A DNA stretch of 63,968 nt, filler included, from Choristocarpus tenellus KU-1152 (GCA_964200185.2; 10 parts of 10 records of this genome joined end to end with filler, not necessarily neighbours in it), one strand, 5' to 3'. Shown: positions 26,850 through 39,835, counted from the first letter of the whole stretch. Numbers and translations: made by a program. Notes: generated from the letters alone by a model not told the origin.

Positions 26850-28355
26850 GTCCCATGCCTGGTTAAGGCAATGTCCATGGGTCAGCGGCTGTCGAGGCTA
26901 AACTACCTCATCTGACAGCTGGTTAAGCTTAACTCCAAATGTCAGCATCTGCTTGAACCCACCTATCCACAGCACCACATCTGTAGTATTGGATAAAAAG
27001 GGCAATGAAAAGTGATCGGCTGAAGTCCTGTTTGCCACCCCATCTCCCACCTGATTAGGATCCTTTTCTATTGGAGGCGAGTCACCAGAGTTGAGGTGAT
27101 ACAACAAACACCATCTATTTCCTTCGTAACCGTATGCTCGAGATATGGCCACTGAGTCTTAGATGGTCACACAATCCCATGTACCTCCGACCAGTTGAAA
27201 CAACTCCCACTATCAGCTGCAAAAGTCCACCCGGCTACACCACACCATGTGTCGTTTGGTCAAGATACTCCCTAAAGATGTTTGGAGTCCAGCCGGTCAC
27301 ACTACCCCACCTATTGCCTGATTAAAACTTCTTCCAAAGGTGAGCTGCTGAAGCCCAAACGACCACATCACTCCAGCAATTGCTTAGTTAAAATTTTCTC
27401 CAGTGGTGAGATTTTGAAGCTCAATTGGCCACACCACCTCTTCCATCCCCTGCCCAAATCCATGTCCAAAGATCAGATTCTTTCGGCGACCAGCTGGTTG
27501 GAAGAAGTTCCTTCCAAACGTCTGGTGCTGGAGTCTTGCCGACCACACTATCCCATCTATCGCCTGGTTAAAACACATACCAAAGGTCAGCTGCCAGAGC
27601 CTAGTTGTTAACACCACCTCCCTAACCATTGTGTTATTAATGCTATGTCTGAAGCTCAGCTGCCAGGGTTTACTCGGTCACAACACTTTGTCTAGTGCCG
27701 GATCAAATTCATCCCCTAAGGTCAGCTTCTTCTGGCGACCAGCTGGTAATACAACTTTATCTACCACCTGATTGAAATTTGTTCCAAACGGCAGCTGATG
27801 GAGTCCTAGTGGTTACACTACTCCATCGATCAGTTTGTTGAAAATATACCTAACTGCTGGAGCCTATTATGCCGCCCTACCTGATCGCTGCCTAGTCAAC
27901 TCTCTCTCCAAAAGTCAACTTTCGGAGAGTAGCTGGCCACACCACCCTATCAATCTTCAGATCGAAACACATTCTAAACATGAACTGCCGGCACCCAGTA
28001 CGCCACACACACACACCTGATATATGTGCCGGTTGAATCAATGCCCAAAGCCCAGTCATTGAAGCCCAGTCGGTAACCCCACCCCATATATCCCCTTTGT
28101 TAAAGGACATTCCAAATATTAACTGCTGGGGTTCAGTTGGCCACACCACTTGATCCATGGGCTGGTTATATTCATGCCCAAAAGATAAGTACTTGAAGTC
28201 CAGTTGGCCACACCGGTCTATATACCGCTTCTGGTTGAAATACTCTCCAACTATCTATCACCTGCAAGAGCCCAGTGGCTAGACGGCCCCATCATTCACC
28301 TGGTTGATTTAATGTACAAAGGTAAGTTGCTGCAGTCCAGACTCCCATCCCCTAC
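26850..28355 (-). pseudogene. Decayed FNIP-repeat (22-aa LRR-like) array, about 20 units
   Basis: ~66-bp periodicity. Minus-strand segments LWQLTFGMCFNQAIDGIVWS, YNQPMDQVVWPTEPQQLIFGMSFNK, FDLKIDRVVWPATLRKLTFG and LTFGVKLNQ fit FNQPI..V.WP..L..L.FG. Many stops and frameshifts. Confidence 0.85.
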
Positions 28356-28459
28356 CTGCATATAAAAATAAAGAGGGGTCAATATGCGGACACACGTGGC
28401 CATGAAACACATGAAGCCAGAGCCTGTTTCTTCACCCCCTTCGGACCATTGTCCTCCAG

Positions 28460-29938
28460 TAGTCAGAGTGATGTCGTGCCTGCAACCCTCAGGTGGGAGT
28501 CTAACCCTTTTAAACATTCCTCGCATACTGCCAGGCAGGTTAAAAAGCAACTGGTGGAGTTCCTTAGTGCAGAACCACTTACAGCTCGTTGCCGCACCAC
28601 TTGTTTTAAGGAGCTGAGGGTTTTTTATGTGTGTATTGAGTCTTGCTTTGTACATTCAAGTGGGATAAGTGATCCAAATATTGAGCAGTGCTTGGCCAGT
28701 GAGGAATACACACACACACACACGCACGAACATATGGGATCCCCTATATAGCTGGGAAGTTTGAACTTCTAACACTAGTGGTAAAGGGATTCGTCAAGGG
28801 CGCTCCTATTACGTAGAAGGCGATCGGTTTATCATGTTTCAAAAAAGGTACACACAAGAAAGTCACCATTAGATGAAATGATCTCCACTATAACTATACT
28901 TGACCCATCACTTCAAAGATTGGACCATAAGGGTTGGCAAAATGGATGACCTTATGCCTATGGTCCCTACAGACAGGTTCAAGGTCTTTGGTCCGTCATC
29001 AGCCAAGGCTAGTGACAACGTGACGCCACGCATGGCTGTCCCAGTTGCTCCAAAGTCTGGAAGAGAGGACTCAAGTGGCCTCAATTTGAAGGAAGGAGAA
29101 TTGAAGGGTACCCAACCCAAGTCGAAGCCCACGAAGGTCAAGGCAGCCGCCAAGCCAAACGCCGTGCCAAAAGTCATCGCCAAAGATGCCAAACCTGCCA
29201 ACGAAGAGGAGGCGCCTGCAGACCCTATTGTTGTTGAGGCGTCGATTTTGGGTGCCCTCAGCGACGAATCGGGCTCTTGCCTTGAAGACACTTGGCCCTT
29301 CGCCAAGGCGAACGGCTTTCCTCATGTGCAGGTTGTTGGTATGCTCAAGTCGCTGGAGGCCGACGAGATGGTGGAGTCGACTGTCGTGCAGTCGCAGGAC
29401 ATGGTGGTGTCTGATGCTGGGAAGTCTGTGAGTGTGTATTGGGGTTAGAAGGGAAAGGTTGAGGTAGAGGTAGCAAAAAGGGTAAGATATGTACTCTAAC
29501 ACTGATACCACTATCTCAAGCCAGTAGTTCTCCAAATATCGTGGGTACTGACAGTTGTCCGATCGTCCAGATACTCGTGAATGGGTTTCATACGTTCTAT
29601 TCTGCACACGTGAAGTGACTTTTGAACCATTCCCGAGTGCCTTGGCGCGATCAGATGAATTATATGTACGTCCACACACATTAACAAGCAGCCTTGGGAG
29701 TGTAGATGCCTATCCCCTGACTTTTTCGCAAGAAATGTTACGCTTCAAGTTAAAGCCAACCCCCAAGGATCACCCTGTCGTTTGCGTTTGTCGGTGAATC
29801 ACGTCTATCGAAAACTGTCTTGGTTAGGTTATGGAGAGTGGATCCCCTGAGATGCTTGTCTTGGAAATGATTCCGGTGGGAGGGGCTGGGGCGACCAAGG
29901 CCGACCTGGAGGCGGCGCTAGGACCGCTGGTGGCAAAG
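28460..29938 (+). CDS. FARSA: Cytosolic phenylalanyl-tRNA synthetase alpha subunit, N-terminal exons (DBD region) with upstream extension; partial
   Basis: Exons 28977-29427 and 29828-29938 (plus probable 28460-28492) give ILGALSDESG..EDTWPFAKANGFPHVQVVGMLKSLEADEMVE...DAGKS-VMESGSPEMLVLEMIPVGG..KADLEAALGPLVAK. This matches PheRS-alpha H..VVG..KSL and G.....GSPE motifs. Confidence 0.88.
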
Positions 29939-30697
29939 GTGCGTGTTGTAGTCGTGAATTTGAAGATACACTGGCAAACCTTTTGATGGGTCGGTGGTTC
30001 AATGCCTGTGAGTGGGAGATTACCTACTATTAGCAACAGTGGGTGGTCTTGAAGTCGAAGGTTCATTCCGTACCCCCCATGTTGCCCGTCTTTATATTCT
30101 GCAGGTAGGCACGCAGCATGAGTATGTCCCACTGTAGCCACCCTTTACCGTCAAATGTCCATTCGGGCAGGTTCACAAGGCTAAGTCCTGAGGATGTGCT
30201 AGTATTTTATCCAGAGCATCATTTCTAGTTATGTTCTATGATAGGACCATGAAGTGCTGTTGTTGGTTATGGGGGGGATGGAGGAGAGGGGTAACTATTG
30301 GCTGAGTATATATTTTTTCTTGATCCGTTACTTGCAGTCTCACGAAGGAGAATTCCTCCCTATTTTGGAGCATTCTGGTTAATGATTTCAATCTCATCGT
30401 AGTAACTGTGTGCAGTAGATACCAAGACCCTCTTAACCCCACCTCACTCCTGGATGTGATACCACAAAGCCCTGGTGGTCCTCGCTCGCCTCCTCCAATG
30501 CTTCTAGGAAGATTTTTTTAGTAACAAAGTTTGAGTGGGATATCGTGCGTTGCCTTCTTGCAACCTCGAGTAACTCCAAATCGTATCATCCACACCACTT
30601 CAAGGGTTGACATCTTGGTTGCAGACCCAAGATTACTTCGATGCTCATCAACAAGAGGGGTTTGGTTGTGTGTTCTGATAAACTGAGCTCCGTAGCA

Positions 30698-30825
30698 GTG
30701 AGTATCTGTAAGAAGTGAGTATCTGTAAGAAGTGAGTATCTGTAAGAAGTGAGTATCTGTAAGAAGTGAGTATCTGTAAGAAGTGAGTATCTGTAAGAAG
30801 TGAGTATCTGTAAGAAGTGAGTATC
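30698..30825 (+). repeat. Perfect 17-bp minisatellite (GTGAGTATCTGTAAGAA) x7.5
   Basis: Units start every 17 bp from 30698 to 30817 with no mismatches. Confidence 0.97.
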
Positions 30826-33432
30826 GCTCTGTGACCTGTGTGCTGTCTGACCCGCACTGCAAGTATAAAATACGATCGCAAGGTTGTTGAGTTGCTGTCC
30901 TGTTGAACCACTGTTGTTGGGTAGGATTTGAAATCGAGGTGATGCCTCCCTGAATATATATTGAATATATATTGAACATATATTGACGCACCTGTGTTTG
31001 AGAGGTGTGGAGTTACAATGCCTGGGTTGGGTGCATTGTTTCCTTGCCAATCAAATCGACCCTCTGGCAGAGGGCTCCACACCCACAATACGGTTCCTAC
31101 AACGTTAGCTCTTTTTTTTTTTTTCAAACGAAGCTATTAACTCTTCGGAGTTTTGCTTAGAAAACTGTTCATGCGATGGGCGTGGNNNNNNNNNNNNNNN
31201 NNNNNNNNNNNNNNNNNNNNNNNNNNNNNTTAATTAATTAANNNNNNNNNNNNNNNNNNNNNNNNNNNNNNNNNNNNNNNNNNNNCCCCCCCCTCCCAGA
31301 TACTTTGGGTCTCCTCTAACATGTAGATGAGCCTCTCCCCTCACAAGTCAGGAAAAGAGGCTAATGTGCCCGACTCCCTAACACACATACAGAGACACTC
31401 CATCTCCAATCCTCAGGGCCACCCATACCCTCTCCAATTGAGAGATGAAACACATTCCCGGAAGATGAGGCTTGCCTATTATGATGGCATGAAGCTCAAG
31501 CACACTCCTCAGTGCCAGAGCTCCGTCCCCTCCTCCCACGAAACCTATATGGCCTTCCCTGGAAGAGTAGTGAGACAACTGCAGTCCCCATGATATTGGG
31601 CCTTAAGGGTGGCAGACTAGGTGATCTCAAAACCAACAGCAACTAGTCAACCTCTATCCATGCAGTTTGACCACAGAATTGACTGATGCACCTCTTGGGG
31701 TTGGCCTTTGAGAACCGCTACCTCAGCAGTCCCACAGCCCCACCTTCCCTACCCTACCTCCAATGAGGTCCATACACACAACAAATATGTTTTCTGGGGA
31801 TGTGAAGCGATTCCCATGGCACAAAAGGACGGCCTGCAATCCTTTCTTGAGCCTTCTCGTCTACCCTTGATAGGACTGGAGTATGGGCTGACATGCCCCT
31901 TGACAATATTCACACACACACAAATTGTAACAGATGCTCGATTGCCCACCAACAAGATCCTCCTTCTCCACCTTACCAAGAATTCCCCTCTTCAAAGAAG
32001 AGGAATGATCCCTCAGGTGATAAGGATTACCACACTGTTTCACAATTCATCCTCACGTTGACCACTATTGCCTTACCACTGCCCCTAAGAAGCACCACAT
32101 TCCTTAGGTTGGCATGGCCCATGAAGCATTGAAAGCAAAGTCCTGTTGAAAGGCAATTCTTGTCTGGTCACAGAAATTCAATCCCGACACCTGCACCAGC
32201 AGATTGGCAGCCCTGGGTGCAGGGGCAGAGAAGTAAAAAAATCCTCCGCTGACAAGGAGATTGATCAATCAGCAGCTAGCAGACAGACCCTCCATGCATG
32301 GATCAGGTTGGGCAGATGAGATTGAGTAATCGCAACACCATCATAGGAAGCAGTACACAGCCCTCCTCTGGTCCCAATAGGTTTACCCATATAACATGTA
32401 CCAGAAAACAGCCATCAATGGGTAGGGCAGGGCCACGATGTGGTGGATCCTACAATTTCAGAAGCCAAGGATCAATAAAGTGCCCGAGTCCCTCACCCCT
32501 CTCCTCCACCTCCTCTGATACACCATCTCCTTCGATCTCCACCTCTCGCCTTCAGCCCCTGCCTCCAGCTGCTCGCCCCAAGAAAATTGTTCCCTTGCAA
32601 GATGGTAGCAGATGATGGCAAACTGCAGTGACAGGAGCCAAAATATTTCCACTCCAATCATAGGTGCACCCTCCACCAATATATATGCTTTTGTGCCTCA
32701 TTTTCCAACCCCTTCACCGGTCAACTCCACACAGGGCCTCTTTCCTATCAGTATCTGTACTCGCCTTCCATGTACCGGAGCACAGACTCACTCATACACA
32801 TGTGTAGTACATACATACAACAGCACACTCACCCCCTCCCAGATGATCTTTCCCATTGCATGTGCAAAAGTTGCCAGACCATGAGAAGTGGAAGAAAGAA
32901 TGAAGAGGAGGAAACATGTCAGCATCGAAACCTAAAAGGGCTAGCTATTTGGGAGAGGGGAAGGGTTTAAGAATTGACTGCATCCAGATCTGGTAGAAGT
33001 TGCTTTGTCTGTTGGTTCCTGACACTGTGCCTCTCCTACCCTCTCCTCCCCACACCCTGATCTGTTAGCCCTTCCAGTCCCCATGTCATTTCTCCTCTTC
33101 CTTTCACCCTAAAGCAACCTTCATACCAATACACAAATCAGGACCTTTCCAAGTACACACTTGAGGAGTGTGTTATCCCACATTTGGACACCAAACAGTA
33201 AAATCACCCCCTCCCCCCTCCCTTTCATTTCATGTCCAGGATAACAACATCCTCACGGCAGGTCCAAGACTGAAAAGGGAATTTGGTGTCCTCCCTGAAG
33301 AAGGCAGTACTCTCCACCCTTTCGCCCTTTCCTTTCCTTTCCACAACCACCACAACAATCCCAACCCCTTCCCTCCCACCCCCAAAACTTGTACACAAAA
33401 TCAAATACAGTACAATCGAGGAGGCAAGGCAC

Positions 33433-35954
33433 CTCTACACCTATTTCGCCGTCATCTTCCACGGCTCCACAGGTTGACTGCAAAGATGCCACCGCCTTTT
33501 GTAGCATCAAAATCCCCCACTCAGCGGCATTGGGCTGGGTCAAGACTGCAGGGCTCAACTCCACTTGTGCCCCTTCACCTGCTAAGTCCATCATCGCCAC
33601 TGCCACATGGTCCAAGTCAGGAACGTCTTCTTCTGCTTCTGACCCACCTCCACCCCCAACCATAGCCACAGCCCCCCCCCCCCCCCCAGCCCCAGCCACA
33701 GCCCCAGCCACAGCCCCCGCCACAACCCTCACACTAGCAGACTTGCCCCTAGTCTTCTTGTGGAGGCGACCAATCGATTCATTCCGGGAATATTCAACAC
33801 TGGCGCGAGCGTCGGATATTTCCTAACATAGGTGACTGCTCTGGGCGACTCTGGATTGGATCCACCCTTTGGCGCTTTATTGAAATTCCTGGACAATCAT
33901 GGTCCACTCCACGCCCTTCCTGAGGTGGGCAACGGAGTGTCCTCGTCCTCTTAGTCGAGGGATAGACATGTTTGGAGTCATTCCCAGTCGACACTGGTGC
34001 CACTTCAGATGTATGAGCTGAATCGGCCATAACCGCCCTCAGCAGGACATCCATCGCCTGGAGAGGCACAGCAAATGAGGAAGGAGACATGTAGGGGAAT
34101 GAGAACTGTTGAGATAAGTCATTCACTCAATACAAAGGCAGGTCCATATGTTGCTAGGGAACAACACTACATCAAGAATAGATACACCCATTGAGATCTC
34201 AAGATCACAGTTTCAACCTTGTGTGTAGTATTTCAATCTATGCTGGTTTCTTGGTGAAGCAAATAGGATATTGTAGGGGGTATCTAAGTCTCATCGTCCA
34301 CTAGTGAATTGCTAGATCCTTAGGGTGTGGAAAAGAACACACCGTACTCGATACACTGGAGGATTCAGAGTGAGTATCAAGACTGAATTGAGCACCCTAT
34401 CTACCACTCGAGGTAGTACATTAGACTCTGGGACCAAAGCTATGGGGGTTGTACTTTGGAGTTAGCATTACAAAAGTAGTCCTCTAGGACTAGGGCAACA
34501 ATCGTGGTGAGTGGGGGACCAGGCAATGAGAACATGGCTTGTGATTCTGGGATGAGCCAGCACACACATTAGGAGCAATAACGATTGTTAGGTAAAGTTA
34601 AAACCCTCTCAACCCGAGGTGTGCTTTGTAGAGCGAGGTGATCCGTGTCAAGAGCTACAAAAGGGGAAATTTGCAGGCAGTGTTGTAGGTGATCAAAAAT
34701 AGTACACAGACTTCAAATTGAAACAAGTACTGCTCATGTACAATAAGTATCAGGAGATTTATGTAAGCCTTGACAGCTGCTTACCGTGCCACGATCAGGG
34801 TCAGCACCAAGGTAAGAGCTAGTACTTGAGGTGGAGCTTGTGCCAGCAGTGGATCCAGCGCCTGAGCCTCCTGAGCAGGATCGCACCCTCTGTGTACAAT
34901 ACGTATGTGCTTAATGTTATGTAAGTGATCGCCATGGGGTTAATGGAAATACCAAGGTGTGATGCCCGAAGTTTAAAATATATTCTTACATGGTTTTGTG
35001 GGGCAAGAGAGATACAGCTCCACATTGGGGCTTACCATCTCAAGCATGACAAGAAGTACTCTGACACATAATATTGTGATATCTTGATATAAACAGGGTA
35101 TCCCTCTAAGCACAGGGCAAGAGCTACCATTCACGCTAGTGTGGACATAGACTCAATATTCAACTGCTCTGCACTGATGTCCTCAGATATGCAACATGGG
35201 GGGAGGGGAGAGCATGGTAAGGCGGTATCATTCACAATCAATAACAGACTGTTGGTTCAAATAAGAAACATTTCCATACTACACCCAGCACTAGATGTTT
35301 TGAATACACTGTGCCTCTTATCTACGTATCAATGCCTTCAGTTAAACTACTTTGTAGTCAATATTAGCATATCAAATAGTGTCCTACTCACTAAATTAAT
35401 AATGTAGGATAAGCCATCAAGCTACAAAATGCATCATGCCCTAGCCCTACAACGGCAATAATCCCCTCCAACAGCACACCCCAATCCTCATCCAAAAATT
35501 TGGAACCTCAAACCCATAGGGCTGTAGTCAACACTACCCACTCAACTTGGACTCCACTTCACACAAAGCAATGGACATACTCCATTTCCGATTCACTCAC
35601 CTTGACGGTAAACTTGGCTTTGCCCTTGCCCTTGCCCTTTCCGTCCCATTCCTTCTGCACAAGCATTGTCTCAAGACCGCTCTTATCCATCCCAGTCGAT
35701 AATATCCTCTGGTCATCCACCTCGACCGAGAGACTCACCCCAGCAGAGTCTGTGTCAGGACTGACAAAGGAGTCTGAGCCTGAGCCTGAGTTGTGGTGAG
35801 ACTGTACAGGCAAAAACATTCCACTTGTCCCAAGATCCATTGTTTCTGATGTTGGTGGTGCTGCTGGTGCTGGTGCTTGATCGACCCTCACCACCTTGTC
35901 AATCCCACCGAAGGCGTTGCCAGGTTGTGGGATCCACTTCCCATCCATGTCGTA
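33433..35954 (-). CDS. Uncharacterised low-complexity protein, internal/3' exons
   Basis: Exons 35954-35601 and 34889-34785 and an exon starting at 34057 join in phase 0 with CAG acceptors and GTGAG/GTAAG donors (YDMDGKWIPQPGNAFGG...FTVK-RVRSCSGG...RGT-AMDVLLRAVM). That frame stops at 33794, and a second coding-like frame runs 33822-33433. Possible upstream exon near 36700-36742. Confidence 0.6.
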
Positions 35955-36865
35955 CTGCAAGGAGGGGATTAGTATGGTGTTTGCTTGTGGGGGGAGTAAT
36001 AGATGCAAGAGGTTGTAAATATTATGGAGGCATAGAAGTATGAAATTGACAATACTGCTCATAGCAACCACGTGTGGGTAGTTGTTATCAAACTACAGTT
36101 GTGGATAAAGCTCTCAGTGTCATTGGTGAATGTCATGGAGCACTAAACGGAAAAGAGGATTTCCTTATACTTTTTGAGGAGTAATTCGTTTTCAAGAGAG
36201 ATATTTTTGCTTTTGACAGGATTCCTATTTACAGCATCCTGCCATGAATACATAAACTTACATGCACCCCCAGGTGTTCTCTACACTGGCAATAATAGAT
36301 GATGTGACAGGTTGCAAACATCTCATGTCACATCTACCATCCCATGCCATGTTCTCTTAGGATTAGTATGAACTGGAATCCTCATAATCACTGAGATATT
36401 GCATCGAATATCAATAGTAATGCCTACTTTCACGTACAAGAACACACCATGGATTGTTCATCATGTCAATCTCAGTCACTGATCGCCTTGAAAAAATGGA
36501 GGCCAAGAGGTGATTCAACAAAACCTGCCCAATATGGACTTGACCACAAAGAGCCAAACCAGCCAAGATTACACCCAAACACTATCTGTTACCAGCTTTG
36601 CATGGGAAGGAAGTAGAGCCCCACCAATTCGAAAACCTCAAGAGGAGGACAAATCTCTCAGGATAAGAAAGAAATGATGTCATGTACCAAAGTCTAACCT
36701 CCAAACCCAGCTCATGCCACCAGTAGAGGGTGAGTGTGGAACTGCAATGGTACTGTACTGGTGATGTTGTCAGTGTATTGAATAAACCCTGTGATCCACC
36801 AAACTTGCCAAAATTAAGACTAAAGTCTTGAATCAAGTGTGAAAATATTACTTTCTAGGGATGAC

Positions 36866-37287
36866 ATCCCAAAGTAAACAAGAGGTACCAAGTTTTTGGT
36901 CATTTTGAATGTACTTCCACATTTTTCAGTCTTTTGCAGTTTCCACATTTCTATGGATGAAGGCTAATTTTGACTTGAGAGGATTGATTTCTCTATTGTT
37001 TGAAAAATTTTGACACAATTTGGAAATGTCCTATACGGTCTCAAAGTATTTGGGGGGAGGGGAAGGGGCTGTCCATTCGGGGCCCATTTTTCCATGTCGC
37101 AATTTTTGGTTGAGTTGGCTGCATACGTCGGGTGGATAATTCAACTTCACTTCTCCTAGTCAGGGCCTGAATGGACACCCTGGTGTAGATCCCCCCCACC
37201 AAGATACTTATAGTCACAAATATATATATATATTTTTAAGAGTCGAACTTTGCACATATTTTCTGGGATCCGTTAAATGCAATTCTT
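36866..37287. mobile_element. MITE family B copy (3'-truncated) with a family C copy inserted at 37038-37215
   Basis: The B body is interrupted by tcaaagtatttggggg...ccccccaccaagatact and resumes with agtcgaactttgcaca. Confidence 0.8.
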
Positions 37288-38218
37288 CAGATAGTCCAAG
37301 GCAGAGATGAAGCACCTACTTTATGTATTATTTTATATTTTTTCTGTTGGGAAAAATAGATCGGCTCTTAAAAAATTGGAAGAACGAGGATACAACTGTG
37401 TTGATTCTAAACAGTCAAAACAAGTATTTATCGGATAATTCTGATTTGTGGTCTGTGTGCAAGGGGCCCCTTGTCAAAATTAAATTTGAGCCGCAACTTC
37501 AATGCTCCTGTCAAGATTAACTGAGATAGAAATGTCAAACTAATAGGCCACTCATGTTATAGTTGGGAAGCAGGCAAAAAACGGCTCAAAATAATAATCA
37601 AAATGATAATCGTCACTATAATCATAATAAAAACAAAAAATATGAACAATTAAAAAAATAATAATAATAAAATAATAATAACGCCAAGCTCGTGCTTGAG
37701 AGTGTACAAACCAGCCCCTCCAAAAGGGAGGGTGGATGGGAGCATTCTCGAATTGTCAGAACTCCTGTCTCTGCCCAGCAGGCAAAAGTGATCTGTGTGT
37801 GACTGGTGATGCCTGGACACATGCATGCCACCAAGCTCCGATCCTTGGTAGTCTACGACAGCAGCATCTTGTATGTACAGCACCAGTCATGACAATAACC
37901 AGTGCGTGTGCTCCCCTCACTTGTTTGTGGATTGTGATTACTAATGAGTTCAAATTCCGCTCCTCTGGCACCCTACCAACTGATGGCTTCGGGAAGATGT
38001 GTGTGTGTGAATGTGGGGAGGGGGGGGGGGGGGGGGGGGGGGCGGCCTGGCACAATTATCGCGGTCGCTTCCTCCGTGCATAATATGTTTCTCTNNNNNN
38101 NNNNNNNNNNNNNNNNNNNNNNNNNNNNNNNNNNNNNNTTAATTAATTAANNNNNNNNNNNNNNNNNNNNNNNNNNNNNNNNNNNNNNNNNNNNACGCGC
38201 GTGATAAGAGACGTAAAC

Positions 38219-38260
38219 AAAAGGATCAGCACCGGGGCTTCCCATGTGGTCCCCCACCGT
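38219..38260 (-). rRNA. 5S rRNA 3' fragment with T-run terminator; 5' two-thirds absent
   Basis: The reverse complement ACGGTGGGGGACCACATGGGAAGCCCCGGTGCTGATCCTTTT matches the 3' end (box C/helix IV-I) of eukaryotic 5S rRNA as I recall it for brown algae. Confidence 0.8.
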
Positions 38261-38786
38261 CTGAGGATATCCCAATGCCCTCGACTTTTCACGGTCAGAA
38301 TTAGTCTCTTACAAGTAGTCCTGCTTGTTTCACAAATCGTTCCTGTTGTTGTGACTTTCTGAGGACAAAACCGATATGTAGGGAACAGCTGTATTGCATA
38401 GCACCATTGGAAATATGTTGATTAATAGCATGGAGACAACCGACCATCCTCAAGGCAAAAGGCATCTCCACTAATCATTATATAGGCAGACCTAAAGTTT
38501 TATGTGAACTACAACTCAACAATTTACTTAATATTACCTGTTTATAGGGAAGAAACCAAGACCATTTTTACCGCCTTTGGAAGAGTGTGCACACTTGAAG
38601 ATTCTAGGTTGAGGATAGTTCAACGGATATCGTGGTACCAATAGCTTATGCCTCTGGTGTTGTCCCGTCATAACTTTTGGTATAGACATCGGATTTATCA
38701 TATAAAAGCGTATTCGTGATGCCCGTCACAATGACATCCAGAGTATGGGCTTCATTTTTTTTCACCATTTTTTTGTTTGAAGAAAG

Positions 38787-38850
38787 ACCGCTCATATTCG
38801 GGTTCGAACCCTGGATCGTAGATCACAAACAATGTCAACATATACACTAT
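38787..38850 (-). pseudogene. Degenerate tRNA-like sequence (possible SINE remnant)
   Basis: The minus strand has the B-box/T-arm GGGTTCGAACCC with a weak A-box-like TAGTG upstream. The acceptor stem does not pair. Confidence 0.3.
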
Positions 38851-39802
38851 TACTTGATTAAAGTACAGGGATTTGGTGGGGGAAAAGCCTCCACATCCTT
38901 TCTTCCTGTATGGTTGCTGTGTGGGTCACGTGTGTGTGTGCTCTCAAAAAGTCTGCAAATGGCGCTAAAAAGATGTCCGCAAACCTTGTTCTTTTTTATA
39001 TTATTACAAGTACCGTTTTGGATCAGCGGTCTAACCTGGATCATTTTTTTGCGGGAAATTCAGTCTACCACTTTAGTTTTGGACCTTTTTGAGGTTGTGA
39101 CCATCAAAATTGTATCAGACAGAGATGTTCCACCACGTTTTTGTCATTCTTTGATCGGGACATAGTTCCTGTTCACTGGAGTTAGTACATTCCTGTATGC
39201 AAATCTTCAACACATCATCCTGTCATAAGCTTTCATTTTATATTTATATTGTTGTATACTTCTTGCGGCAATACAGTGAAAAAAAGCAACATTGCTCCAG
39301 AGATTGGTACCACTTTACCTTAACACACACCTCCGTTCACAACTACCGTGCACTTAACTGATAAAATCCCCAACGTTGAAGAGGGAGAGAATAAAAGACT
39401 CCTATATTACACTGCTGGATAAGACAGGTTGATTCCAGGGGTGAAACAGTATAATGTGTTGTTGCACAGCAGGTCACCCACAACAACAGCAGCAACCAAT
39501 CAAACCTTTAGGTTCAGTAAGTGTCTACGAGTGTAAGAAGACACACCAGGGTAGCAGCAGTAGTAGGGTATTGGACACGTACAGGTGCGCTTGCATATAT
39601 TCACACACAAAACCAGGAAGAAGATAATCTGGTCTTCAATGCTCTTGTGCGCTCGCTGCAGGCACTGCTTGTTGTCCAGATTCTCAGCAAAATCTGCCAT
39701 CCCATCAAAGTGATGAGAATGCGATCAAGATGATGAAATTGATGCTCTAAGATACTTCCAAATAACAAAGAATAATGTCAACTCCAACTGCCAGACCAAT
39801 CG

Positions 39803-39835
<33 letters not shown>

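Noticed and set aside
26850-28355. CRISPR-like or non-coding satellite interpretation of the ~66-bp periodicity
   Set aside because: There is no constant repeat with unique spacers, and the divergence follows a 22-codon FNIP protein repeat.
30518-31127. Three overlapping minus-strand ORFs with repeated RYSLLTDTHFLQILTSY
   Set aside because: By-product of the 17-bp minisatellite lacking stops on that strand.
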